Part shown: in pieces, positions 55,301 through 64,000 of the stretch
Position numbering within the stretch: position 1 is the first letter of the stretch
How the letters are laid out: every line of letters begins with the position of its first letter
Program-made: the position numbers and the translations under genes
From: Candidatus Kapaibacterium sp.
Lineage (GTDB): Bacteria; Bacteroidota; Ignavibacteria; Kapaibacteriales; UBA2268
Direction: 5' to 3'
DNA length: 64,000 nucleotides
NCBI GenBank assembly: GCA_963665665.1
Contig: OY762428.1
Coordinates: 1,600,001 to 1,664,000 of the forward strand
Notes under the pieces: model-generated
What the model was told of the DNA's origin: nothing
The model's database searches: none
Seen by the model: the letters and a program-made list of their open reading frames with translations, nothing else

Positions 55301-58300
55301 TTATAATCGTGCAACGCGATTAATCTCGCTTATAAGAGCCTCGTATGTAACGGGCTTCTCTATCCTTCCCACGAAACCAAACTCCTCGTAATTTGCAACA
55401 ACAGGCTGCACAGAATGCCCGCTGAAAACAATAGCCTTAATATCAGGATCAATTTTCTTCAGGTCGTTCAGTACGTCAAGGCCGGATTTACTGCTGCCGA
55501 CAATAGTGAGGTCTAGAATTGTAATATCAAAAGGCTCATCGCTTTGATAGGCATCGGTAAAGCATTCTATTGCAGATTCAGGGCCTTCCGCCAGGCAGAT
55601 ATCACAATCTTCCAGGCTTAGCAGGTCATTTATAATATCCCTGATTTGCTCATCATCATCCATAAGCATTATCTTTGGGTTATTATGAAATCCGGAATTA
55701 TCATCAACATTTTCAGCCTGTCCGTCTTCTTCCGGTTCGGCTGCCGGCAGGTAAATTGTAAATTTGGTTCCAAGCCCGGGTGCTGATTCAACCTGTATGG
55801 CACCATTATGCTTCTGTACAATGAAATGAACTGAAGCTAACCCCAGGCCATGCCCCTTATCTTTGGTTGTAAAGAATGGGGTAAAAATATCTTCAAGATA
55901 CTTGGCCGGAATCCCGAGGCCCTCGTCTTCAATTTCTATCTTAACATACTTACCGCGTTCAAGGTTTGCAATTTGATTATCGTTTACAATCTCGTTGGCA
56001 GAACGAATAAATATTTTACCACCGCCGGGCATTGCCTGGTCTGCATTCAGAACCAGGTTCATTATCACTTCATTTATCTGCTTGGGGTCGATCAATCCGG
56101 GAAGAAGATCAGGAGCAAGATCGAAATTCAGAAATACATTAGAACCTTTCACGGCCATATCAGCAGATTCATTAAGCAACATATTAATATCTTCTTTTTT
56201 TAGCACCGGGCTTCCACTTTTTGAAAATGTCTGAAATCTTGTAGCCAGCGCTGCTGCCTGCTCGATTGAACGCATGATTTTATCAAGATATGCCTTGGCT
56301 TTCATTGGTTTAAGCCGTGCAATTTCAACACTCAGGGACATTGAAGTAAGCATATTCTTGAAATTATGGGCAATTCCGCCGGCAATAACTCCGAGTGATT
56401 CTAACTTGCTTATTTTCTGTAATTCTTCCTGTATTCGCTTTTTACGGGTAATATCTTCGAATATTGATATTATATCGGACTCCGGATCATTTTTCCTCAT
56501 AGAAGTGGCGATATAATTCAACGTCATTATCCTGCCGGATTTAGACTTCATTGGAATTTCATGTTCAACAACATCTTTTTCAATTAAATTGCTGATTAGT
56601 TCGCCTACCTGCACGTAGCTTTCATCATCAGGATAAAATATCCGCGTATTCATCCCGATTATTTCATTTTCATTATAGCCTACCATTTCGGCAAAAGCAT
56701 TATTAATTGATAAGATTGTCCGGTTATTAGAAAGAACCACCCCCACAGGCAGTTTGCGGAATAAATTCCTGAGCTTGTCTTCACTTTCCTTTAACACTTC
56801 CTGGGCAGCATAAACATCTGTCATGTCATGAGCTACTGCATAGATAAGGCCCTGTTCCGGCCTGGAATAGGACATCCAGTCGAAGATTCTGTACGTTCCG
56901 TTCTTACAGCGATACCTGTTTTCGAAATTGAACACAGATTTACCTTTTTGCAGGTCTTCTGCTACAATTTGGTTGGTTTTTTCAATATCATCGGGATGAA
57001 TAAACTCGTTGAACTCATGGCCAACCATCTCGTTCTCGGAAAAACCAAGTACTTTTTCAAATGCAGGGTTTAGAACTAAGAATTTTGATTCATCAAGATC
57101 GGCTATACAAATCGGGCTGATCGACATTTCAAAGATAGATCGGAAACGCTCTTCGCTTTCCTTAAGTGCTTCCTGTGCTTCAACCCTCCGGGAAATATCC
57201 CTTCCTGTACCAATTATTTCAATGACTTCGTTATTATCATCCAATACGGCGCTGTCTGCCCATTCAAACCATTTCCAGCCATTTATTGTTTTTGCTCTCT
57301 GCCGGATTGTGACATGATAAGGCGGGGAATAAAGTTTTTTCATTTCATTCAAAGTTGATTCAATATCGTCTTCATGCACCAAAGGCATAAATATCTGTCC
57401 AAGCAGCTCCTCCTCCTTTTTACCAAATGTTTCACAATAGGATGGGCTTACAAATAGGAATCGTCCCTGCGTGTCAACTTTTACTACAAGGTCGGTCTGA
57501 TTATATAGCAGCAACCTGTATTTCTCTTCACTTTCACGTACTTTATTCTCAGCTTCAATTCTTTCGGTAATATCAACTGATACTCCAAGAACAGCGGGAA
57601 CTTCAGTATCGGAAGTTTTGAACGGAATTTTCGTAGTCTGTAATGTTTTTGTGTTACCTGAAGAATCAGTAATCTGTTCCTCAACTTTATAATCTCTCAC
57701 TTTATTTTCAATAACTTTTCGATCTTCAGATATAAAATATTCTGCTTCTTTTTCATTCGGGTTAAAATCAATATCTTTCTTCCCAACGATATCCAGAGTA
57801 GTTGTTCCATATAAATCTGCAACAGCCTGGTTGGCAATCAGGAATTTTCCGTTTATATCCTTTGCGAATATCAGGTGCGGTACCAGATCGATTATCTGGC
57901 GCAGTTTCTCTTCATTTTCCAGTAGTGCTCGTTGCACTTTCTTCATTTCAGATATGTCAACATGCGTACCTACAACTCTGTAAGGCTTTCCATTTTCATC
58001 CCTTATAGCAAATGCTCTGGACAGTATTTCTACCCAATGGCCGGCCTTGTGTTTCATTCTGAATTCCACTTCAAAGCGCTTTGTTTTTCCCTGAAGATGC
58101 CAATTCATTTCGTCCAAGGTATTCAGCCTGTCTACTGGTTCAGTTAATTCTTCCCAAACTGAGAATTTATTCTCAATTTCATGATATTCATATCCCAGCA
58201 TGGATTTCCAGCCGGGGGAATAATAAATATCATTTGTAATCAAATCCCAGTCAAATAATCCGTCCCTGCTCGCCTTCATAGCCAGCAGGAATCTTTCCTG

Positions 58301-61300
58301 GCTTTCTTTCAGGTCTTGTTCAATTCTTTTCTTCTCCGTTATGTCCATGCCAATACTAAGTACGCCTGTAATATTTCCGGAATTATCCCTTGTAATATTA
58401 TTATTCCAGTTTATAAGCTTTTCTTCTCCGGACTTTACTTTTATAGGGTTTTCATATCTCGAAACTTCGGGGGAATTATTAAGAACATCCTCGAAAACCA
58501 CAGGGATTTCGGACTTCATTGAATCCGGCAAAAATATTTCAAGCCAGTTTTTGCCTATTACTTCAGATTTTTTATAACCCGTAAGGTTTTCAGCATATTT
58601 ATTAAAAGTAGTGATAGTGGCATTTTTATCGAGAGTAACGATAATTGTATTTGCTGTTTCGATAATATTTTCGGCAAAATCTTTTGCTGTTTTTAGTTCA
58701 TCTTCAGCTTTAACCTTATCTGTTATATCGCTGACAATGCTAATTGTACCGTTAGCATTTCCTTTATTATCATGGGAATAATCCCAGTTAACCTGTGTAA
58801 TGATAATTTTATTATCTTTTGTAATATCCTTACCAAAATAAACTACAGGTTGGGGTTGTTCCGTCATCAGGTAATTATAATATTGTTCAAGTTGGATTTT
58901 TTCATTTTCGTCTGCAAGTAATTCCCAGATATATTTTCCTATCAGCTCCGGATAATTATATCCGTGAATTTCATGATGGGCAGGATTACTAAAAATAATT
59001 TTCCCATTAACATCTGCAAGCTGAATCCCGTATGGTGCAGTATCCACCAAGGCACGATATTTTTCTTCGCTTTCCTTCAGAGCATTTTCAGCCTCTGTCA
59101 TCTCGGTAATATCCAGTATTGATACAACAGTCAGGGAAGTTTTAGGAACAACTTTTACATTTAAAAGTGCATCTCTTGTTTCTCCGAATTTGTTGATCAT
59201 TTTAACGCTGTATCGGCTCGGAACCGATTCTTTGTTAGTTAGTCTTGCAGCGTTATTCTTCTTCATAAGTTCCAGATATTCCGGAACCACGTACTTCGTC
59301 CAGCTATTTCCTATTAGTTCATAGGGCAAGTAGCCGGTTACCTTTATAATTTCGTTATTAGCCATGATAATACTGGTATCAGAGTCAACGATCATCATGG
59401 CAGTACCGGTTGATTCAAATATAGTCCTGTACCTGTTCTCACTTTCAATCAGCAACTTCTCGGCCTTTTTTTGTTCGGTAGTATCCGTTACAAAAGCCAT
59501 GAACCTGTTATGCGAAAGCTTAACAGCGCTAACAACCCACCAGCATAAACTACCGCCTTTGCGAATAAATGCAATTTCTTCTGTTGCTTTACCTTCTTCA
59601 ACTACCTTCCTGAAATGATTTTCAGCCTTTTCCAGGTTATCAGGAACAATAATTTCTAAAAGATTCATATTCAAAAGTTCTTCTTCAGAATATCCGGTAA
59701 TTTCTTCTGCGGCAGGATTTACTTCAATATATTGTCCTTTTTCATCGGCAATAAAAATTCCCTGTGGTGAATTTTCAATATAAGACCTTAAACGCCTTTC
59801 ACTTTCAATAAGTTGTTCTTCAATTTTCTTTCTATCGGTAATATCCCTTGTAACGTTAAGAATATAAACATCCTCTCCGGAATCAAAAACAGATGCTGAA
59901 ATAAGCCCTGTTCTTATACTGCCGTCTTTCATAGCAAACTGAGCTTCCATATTCGATACTGAGCCGTTCTCCCTGATAATATTAACCATTTTTTCTCTGT
60001 TATCAGGGTTTTTCCAGATATTCTTATCTATCGATGTTTTACCGATAATTTCCGCTCTGCTATATCCGGTAATCTTCTCGAAACCATCGTTAATATCAAT
60101 ATATAAGCCATCTGATAAGCGATTAATATTAATAGCATCAGGGCTTATTTGAAATGCTTTCCTGAATTTTTCTTCAGATAATTTAAGAGAACGCTCAATT
60201 CTTTTCCTATCTGTAATATCTGTAAATATTACAATACCGGCAATTATATCACCCTCTATATTTAATATCGGCGCAGCATTTGAGAGTACCCAATGGTCAT
60301 TCCCATTTTCATCCCGAATAACTAACTCCTCCCCTTTTACAGATTCACCATTAATAATTGCCCTGGACAAAGGCAATTCTTCAGGATTATATAGAGAGCC
60401 ATCAGGATAATAAGTTTGCCATTTGCCGGAATGATCTGAAACATCAATACCAGTCAACATTTCCCTGTCGCCGCCACGAATATTGAAAGCCGCTGAATTT
60501 GCCATCCTTATCTTGCAATCTGGAGCATCTGCAATAATCACTCCTGAAGCGGAAGCTGCCAAAGCAGTTTCCAGGAACTCTTTTGCTTCGAACAGCTCAT
60601 TTTCCCTTTCTTTCAGGTCACTGATATCAGCATGAGTACCAACCATTCTTATAGCTTTACCATTTGCATCCCTTTCAACGACTTTGCCCCTGCCAAGTAT
60701 CCACACATAAGAGCCGTCTTTCCTTTTAATACGGGACTCCACTTCAAAACTTTCTGTAAGGCCCTCAATACATCCAATATTCGCTTTCATTACTTTATCG
60801 AAATCATCAGGATGAATTGAATCCTTCCAGGAATCCTCTGAATTGCCGAATTCCTCTTCTGTGTATCCGAGTATAGCAAGATAGCCGTGGCTGTAATAAA
60901 CCTCATTTTGGGGTATATTCCAATCCCAGATGCCATCCTTTGTAGCTTCCATAGCAAAGGTAAATCTTTCCTCGCTTCGTTTCAATTTTTCCCTGATATT
61001 ATATTTTTCAGTTACATCCCTAAAAACAAGTACAACGCCACTTATCTCCTGGTCAGAATCGATAATCGGTGCAGCAGAATCTGATATTTGGAATTGCCTT
61101 CCGTCTTTTGATGTTAATTTAGTATGGTTTGCCAGGCCGATAACCCTGCCTGTTTTTAAAACTTCTTCAACAGGATTCTTAATTTTGATTCCGGTATTAG
61201 CATTTTCAATTACAAATACCTTCTCCAATGCCATTCCGATAGCATCTTCCTCATTCCATCCGGTTAGTAGTTCAGCTATCGGATTCATAAAATCAATACA

Positions 61301-61741
61301 ACCGTTTTTATCTGTGGCTATAACTGCATCCCCAATAGAATCCAGAGTTATTCTATACTTCTCCTGGCTTTCTAATATAGTTCTTTCCTTTTCTCCAAAC
61401 TCATCAATAAATATGTTCTTTTGAAAATCTATTTGCTCTTTCCTTGTAATGTTCTCCAGAATTACAGACAGCAAATCCATTGAATATTTTAATGTTTCAA
61501 ATAAACCAATATCAACATCTTCCGTATTGCCATGTATTATAAATAGGCCTGAAACTTTACCATCTGTTGTTATTGGTACAGATGCTGCATCTGCTACATC
61601 TAATTTGGAACTATATTCAATATTAAATTCATCAGACAAATGATTTATTTCGTCCACGAACAATTTAATAACATTTTCCCGGCTTTTAATCCCGGATAAT
61701 TTATTCAACAATTGTAAAATATCGGTAGCTATATTTTCCAT
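55301..61741 (-). CDS. Cytoplasmic hybrid histidine kinase with 13 PAS domains + HisKA + HATPase + receiver
   Basis: 13 PAS/PAC modules ending in DIT-like motifs; IAHNFKN H-box; NLVLNADQAM; GHGLGL; receiver MDDDE...LDL...EKP. Confidence 0.95.
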   Translation of the reverse strand: MENIATDILQLLNKLSGIKSRENVIKLFVDEINHLSDEFNIEYSSKLDVADAASVPITTDGKVSGLFIIHGNTEDVDIGLFETLKYSMDLLSVILENITRKEQIDFQKNIFIDEFGEKERTILESQEKYRITLDSIGDAVIATDKNGCIDFMNPIAELLTGWNEEDAIGMALEKVFVIENANTGIKIKNPVEEVLKTGRVIGLANHTKLTSKDGRQFQISDSAAPIIDSDQEISGVVLVFRDVTEKYNIREKLKRSEERFTFAMEATKDGIWDWNIPQNEVYYSHGYLAILGYTEEEFGNSEDSWKDSIHPDDFDKVMKANIGCIEGLTESFEVESRIKRKDGSYVWILGRGKVVERDANGKAIRMVGTHADISDLKERENELFEAKEFLETALAASASGVIIADAPDCKIRMANSAAFNIRGGDREMLTGIDVSDHSGKWQTYYPDGSLYNPEELPLSRAIINGESVKGEELVIRDENGNDHWVLSNAAPILNIEGDIIAGIVIFTDITDRKRIERSLKLSEEKFRKAFQISPDAININRLSDGLYIDINDGFEKITGYSRAEIIGKTSIDKNIWKNPDNREKMVNIIRENGSVSNMEAQFAMKDGSIRTGLISASVFDSGEDVYILNVTRDITDRKKIEEQLIESERRLRSYIENSPQGIFIADEKGQYIEVNPAAEEITGYSEEELLNMNLLEIIVPDNLEKAENHFRKVVEEGKATEEIAFIRKGGSLCWWVVSAVKLSHNRFMAFVTDTTEQKKAEKLLIESENRYRTIFESTGTAMMIVDSDTSIIMANNEIIKVTGYLPYELIGNSWTKYVVPEYLELMKKNNAARLTNKESVPSRYSVKMINKFGETRDALLNVKVVPKTSLTVVSILDITEMTEAENALKESEEKYRALVDTAPYGIQLADVNGKIIFSNPAHHEIHGYNYPELIGKYIWELLADENEKIQLEQYYNYLMTEQPQPVVYFGKDITKDNKIIITQVNWDYSHDNKGNANGTISIVSDITDKVKAEDELKTAKDFAENIIETANTIIVTLDKNATITTFNKYAENLTGYKKSEVIGKNWLEIFLPDSMKSEIPVVFEDVLNNSPEVSRYENPIKVKSGEEKLINWNNNITRDNSGNITGVLSIGMDITEKKRIEQDLKESQERFLLAMKASRDGLFDWDLITNDIYYSPGWKSMLGYEYHEIENKFSVWEELTEPVDRLNTLDEMNWHLQGKTKRFEVEFRMKHKAGHWVEILSRAFAIRDENGKPYRVVGTHVDISEMKKVQRALLENEEKLRQIIDLVPHLIFAKDINGKFLIANQAVADLYGTTTLDIVGKKDIDFNPNEKEAEYFISEDRKVIENKVRDYKVEEQITDSSGNTKTLQTTKIPFKTSDTEVPAVLGVSVDITERIEAENKVRESEEKYRLLLYNQTDLVVKVDTQGRFLFVSPSYCETFGKKEEELLGQIFMPLVHEDDIESTLNEMKKLYSPPYHVTIRQRAKTINGWKWFEWADSAVLDDNNEVIEIIGTGRDISRRVEAQEALKESEERFRSIFEMSISPICIADLDESKFLVLNPAFEKVLGFSENEMVGHEFNEFIHPDDIEKTNQIVAEDLQKGKSVFNFENRYRCKNGTYRIFDWMSYSRPEQGLIYAVAHDMTDVYAAQEVLKESEDKLRNLFRKLPVGVVLSNNRTILSINNAFAEMVGYNENEIIGMNTRIFYPDDESYVQVGELISNLIEKDVVEHEIPMKSKSGRIMTLNYIATSMRKNDPESDIISIFEDITRKKRIQEELQKISKLESLGVIAGGIAHNFKNMLTSMSLSVEIARLKPMKAKAYLDKIMRSIEQAAALATRFQTFSKSGSPVLKKEDINMLLNESADMAVKGSNVFLNFDLAPDLLPGLIDPKQINEVIMNLVLNADQAMPGGGKIFIRSANEIVNDNQIANLERGKYVKIEIEDEGLGIPAKYLEDIFTPFFTTKDKGHGLGLASVHFIVQKHNGAIQVESAPGLGTKFTIYLPAAEPEEDGQAENVDDNSGFHNNPKIMLMDDDEQIRDIINDLLSLEDCDICLAEGPESAIECFTDAYQSDEPFDITILDLTIVGSSKSGLDVLNDLKKIDPDIKAIVFSGHSVQPVVANYEEFGFVGRIEKPVTYEALISEINRVARL

Positions 61742-62138
61742 AAATTCACATCTGGATTATTTTAAATAACTGACAGAACGAAAACAAAAACAACATACAC
61801 AACAAGAAATCTTTCGAACAGTATTTTCCGGATACTTCTTTCTTTCGGACTCGACTATTTATTACTTTGCCAGCATATATCTCCAATTATAAATATAATA
61901 AAAAAAGACGATATTTAAATAGTGCAATGTGATTTTATTAACGCTCGGATATTATTAGCATTCCAACATAAAATAATTACAATTACAAAATTTCAGCAGA
62001 TTTTTTGTGGCCAACCCACTTTTCTATGCTTAAAATTACTATTTATGTAACTTAGCCTGAGAATTTTAAAAAAATATCACTATTTTGATGATAATTATTA
62101 AATCTTTTAAATAATATAAATAATCAATTTCCTGCTAT

Positions 62139-63104
62139 ATGAGTGAAGAACTTAATCTGATAGATAAAATAAAAGAAAAAACCGGCTGGATAATTAAGCC
62201 TTTCAGGTTTAAAATAGTAACAGATACAACCGAATGGATGAATATTAACCGCGGGGATGTGATAAGGCTTGAAGGACGGGATTTCGTTGTGCGTGGAAAT
62301 ATGAATGAACCACGCTTTGGAATTGATGACCAGCCGAAATACTGGGTATTCAGTGCGATTGACCTTGAAACATCAGAGGAGAAGATCATTAAAACCGTCT
62401 TCAACGAAGACTTTATGGTTCATATTGGCTTCTTCCGTATACGATGCTACAGAAGCCAGGACAAAGAAAGTAAAGTCCTTGACCTTATAAGGAATGACAT
62501 GAGGTTCATGCAGGGCCGGACAATCTATGACGAAAAAGGAAATAACGTCAGAATAATTGATTATATACGCGGGAAGAATTTCTTCCGATACATACCCCAA
62601 ATCGAAAAATCACATTATGAATATTACCATGAGGACCTGCCAATCATATTCCGGAAGCTTCGTGATTCATTCGAAGCTATTCGCTTCCTGCACAAAAACG
62701 GACTAAACCATGGTGATATCAGAAATGACCATATAATAATCGACAGCGAGACAGGTGTTTTCCGCTGGATCGATTTCGATCTTAATCAGGACGTATCGGA
62801 TTTTGACCTGTGGAGCCTCGGCAATATCCTTTCGTACGCAACAGCAAAAGGAATTAAAACATTCGAGGCCGTAACCAAAAGCCCGGAATTCAGCAATGAT
62901 ATTAAAAATTCACTCAATCATGATGATGCATCAGCATTCTACGAGTACAGGATAATGAATCATGCAAAAATTTATCCATATATAGGACCAAAACTGCAAA
63001 AGCTATTGATGCATTTCACGATAAAGCCAGTTAGCTATTATTCAAGTATTGATGAATTTATGGACGAATTTGATGATATGCTTGAAAGCGAGTTCCCGGA
63101 ATAA
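62139..63104 (+). CDS. Protein-kinase-like (Ser/Thr kinase fold) protein
   Basis: KIIK, HGDIRNDHII catalytic loop, IDFD, DLWSLG. Confidence 0.8.
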   Translation: MSEELNLIDKIKEKTGWIIKPFRFKIVTDTTEWMNINRGDVIRLEGRDFVVRGNMNEPRFGIDDQPKYWVFSAIDLETSEEKIIKTVFNEDFMVHIGFFRIRCYRSQDKESKVLDLIRNDMRFMQGRTIYDEKGNNVRIIDYIRGKNFFRYIPQIEKSHYEYYHEDLPIIFRKLRDSFEAIRFLHKNGLNHGDIRNDHIIIDSETGVFRWIDFDLNQDVSDFDLWSLGNILSYATAKGIKTFEAVTKSPEFSNDIKNSLNHDDASAFYEYRIMNHAKIYPYIGPKLQKLLMHFTIKPVSYYSSIDEFMDEFDDMLESEFPE

Positions 63105-63331
63105 TATTACAGCCTCTGCGCTCATACAGCATCCCGCTGCCCTGCTCCGGTCAAAGGGCTTAATATCGGTAGTGTAGATCGAAAATATTGTTTCTTATTT
63201 TGTTCCGGAGACACCCAAACTATCTGCAATTACCACCAAACAAAACAACCAATAAAGATTTGATTTGAAAATCAGCCGATCATTATTTAACTTGCAAAAA
63301 AATGCGTAGTAGTAATATTTCAGGGGATTTG

Positions 63332-64000
63332 ATGAAATTGAAATTATTAGCAGGTATAGCCTTACTTATTATTTTTACTTTTTTATTTAATTCTCCGCTT
63401 GGAAGCGCCGGAAACAGCTGCGTACAGAATGGCGAAGTACTGGAATACGAGATTTCATACATGGGTGTTTCCCTTGCAAAAGTAAAAGTTGTAACCAATG
63501 GCAATGAAAAAGTATTTGGCAGGCCAAGGCATGTAGCCAAAGCTTATATTAATACATATTCACATGTTCCAATGGTTGATGTAAACGCCATTCTTCAAAC
63601 CTGGTTCGACCCGGCTTACGGCTACTCTGCAAAATATTCCAGAAATCTTAAACTTAGCGACAAACCGCGCGAGTACCAGGAACTGCTTTTCGACTACCAG
63701 GACGGCAGAATAAGCAATAAGAAATGGGTAAAGAAGAAACTTGTTCACAGTTCCGGGATAAAAATCAATAAAAAACAACGTCTCTCCGATCCCCTGGGGC
63801 TGTTTTTTAAGGCAAGGGAACTAAGTACAAGAAGACAAAAAAAATCAATTTATACTGTTTTTGAAAGGAATCCTTTCTATGTAAGCCTGAATATTACCGG
63901 TAAAAAGAAAAAAATGGAGGTAGATGCTCTTGGAGGCATGATAAAGGTTGCCCAGATAAAAGCCCACGCAAACTGGGAATCAGGTTACGGCCTTACCGGA
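63332..64000 (+). CDS. DUF3108-like secreted protein, 3' end runs off the window
   Basis: Read manually: MKLKLLAGIALLIIF...GEVLEYEISYMGVSLAKVKV; AGGGG RBS. Confidence 0.7.
   Translation, partial: MKLKLLAGIALLIIFTFLFNSPLGSAGNSCVQNGEVLEYEISYMGVSLAKVKVVTNGNEKVFGRPRHVAKAYINTYSHVPMVDVNAILQTWFDPAYGYSAKYSRNLKLSDKPREYQELLFDYQDGRISNKKWVKKKLVHSSGIKINKKQRLSDPLGLFFKARELSTRRQKKSIYTVFERNPFYVSLNITGKKKKMEVDALGGMIKVAQIKAHANWESGYGLTG

Noticed and set aside
61862-61876. Tiny RBS-preceded ORF MLAK upstream of the PAS kinase
   Set aside because: Too short to distinguish from chance; no attenuator structure seen
1242-63778. Numerous short antisense or nested ORFs in the track
   Set aside because: Shadows of longer, well-supported genes on the opposite strand or in another frame

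Overview
AT-rich chromosomal window from an FCB-group bacterium, most likely Kapabacteria/Ignavibacteria-like. This is inferred from eight type IX secretion (T9SS) C-terminal-domain proteins, TAnnTTTG promoter motifs combined with Shine-Dalgarno use, and a fused E1 alpha/beta subunit. Housekeeping content includes tRNA-Arg(CCG), gatB, purE, a 2-oxoacid dehydrogenase E1, LPS glycosyltransferases, TonB, an MFS transporter and several two-component proteins, one a 13-PAS hybrid kinase. Four things stand out. (1) A ~15.5 kb co-oriented run of five T9SS cargo genes (7241-22670) carries cohesin-like domains, a split dockerin, a shared unnamed 'ATDG..PPxPP..FDARF' domain and a ~2700-aa beta-helix protein with an inserted 7-blade propeller. 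No catalytic CAZyme module was recognised, so it is a candidate non-cellulosomal cohesin-dockerin surface assembly; a further cohesin-dockerin-cohesin gene lies at 28880. (2) A Cys-rich T9SS gene is out of frame at a C12 tract, a candidate phase-variation switch. (3) A 2.4 kb non-coding block has two 21-bp-periodic arrays flanking a ~500 bp, ~90% AT tract, with nested palindromic mobile repeats. (4) A four-gene barrel / Ig-lipoprotein / PD40-OmpA-SPOR envelope cluster. All domain calls are by eye; no database searches were run.
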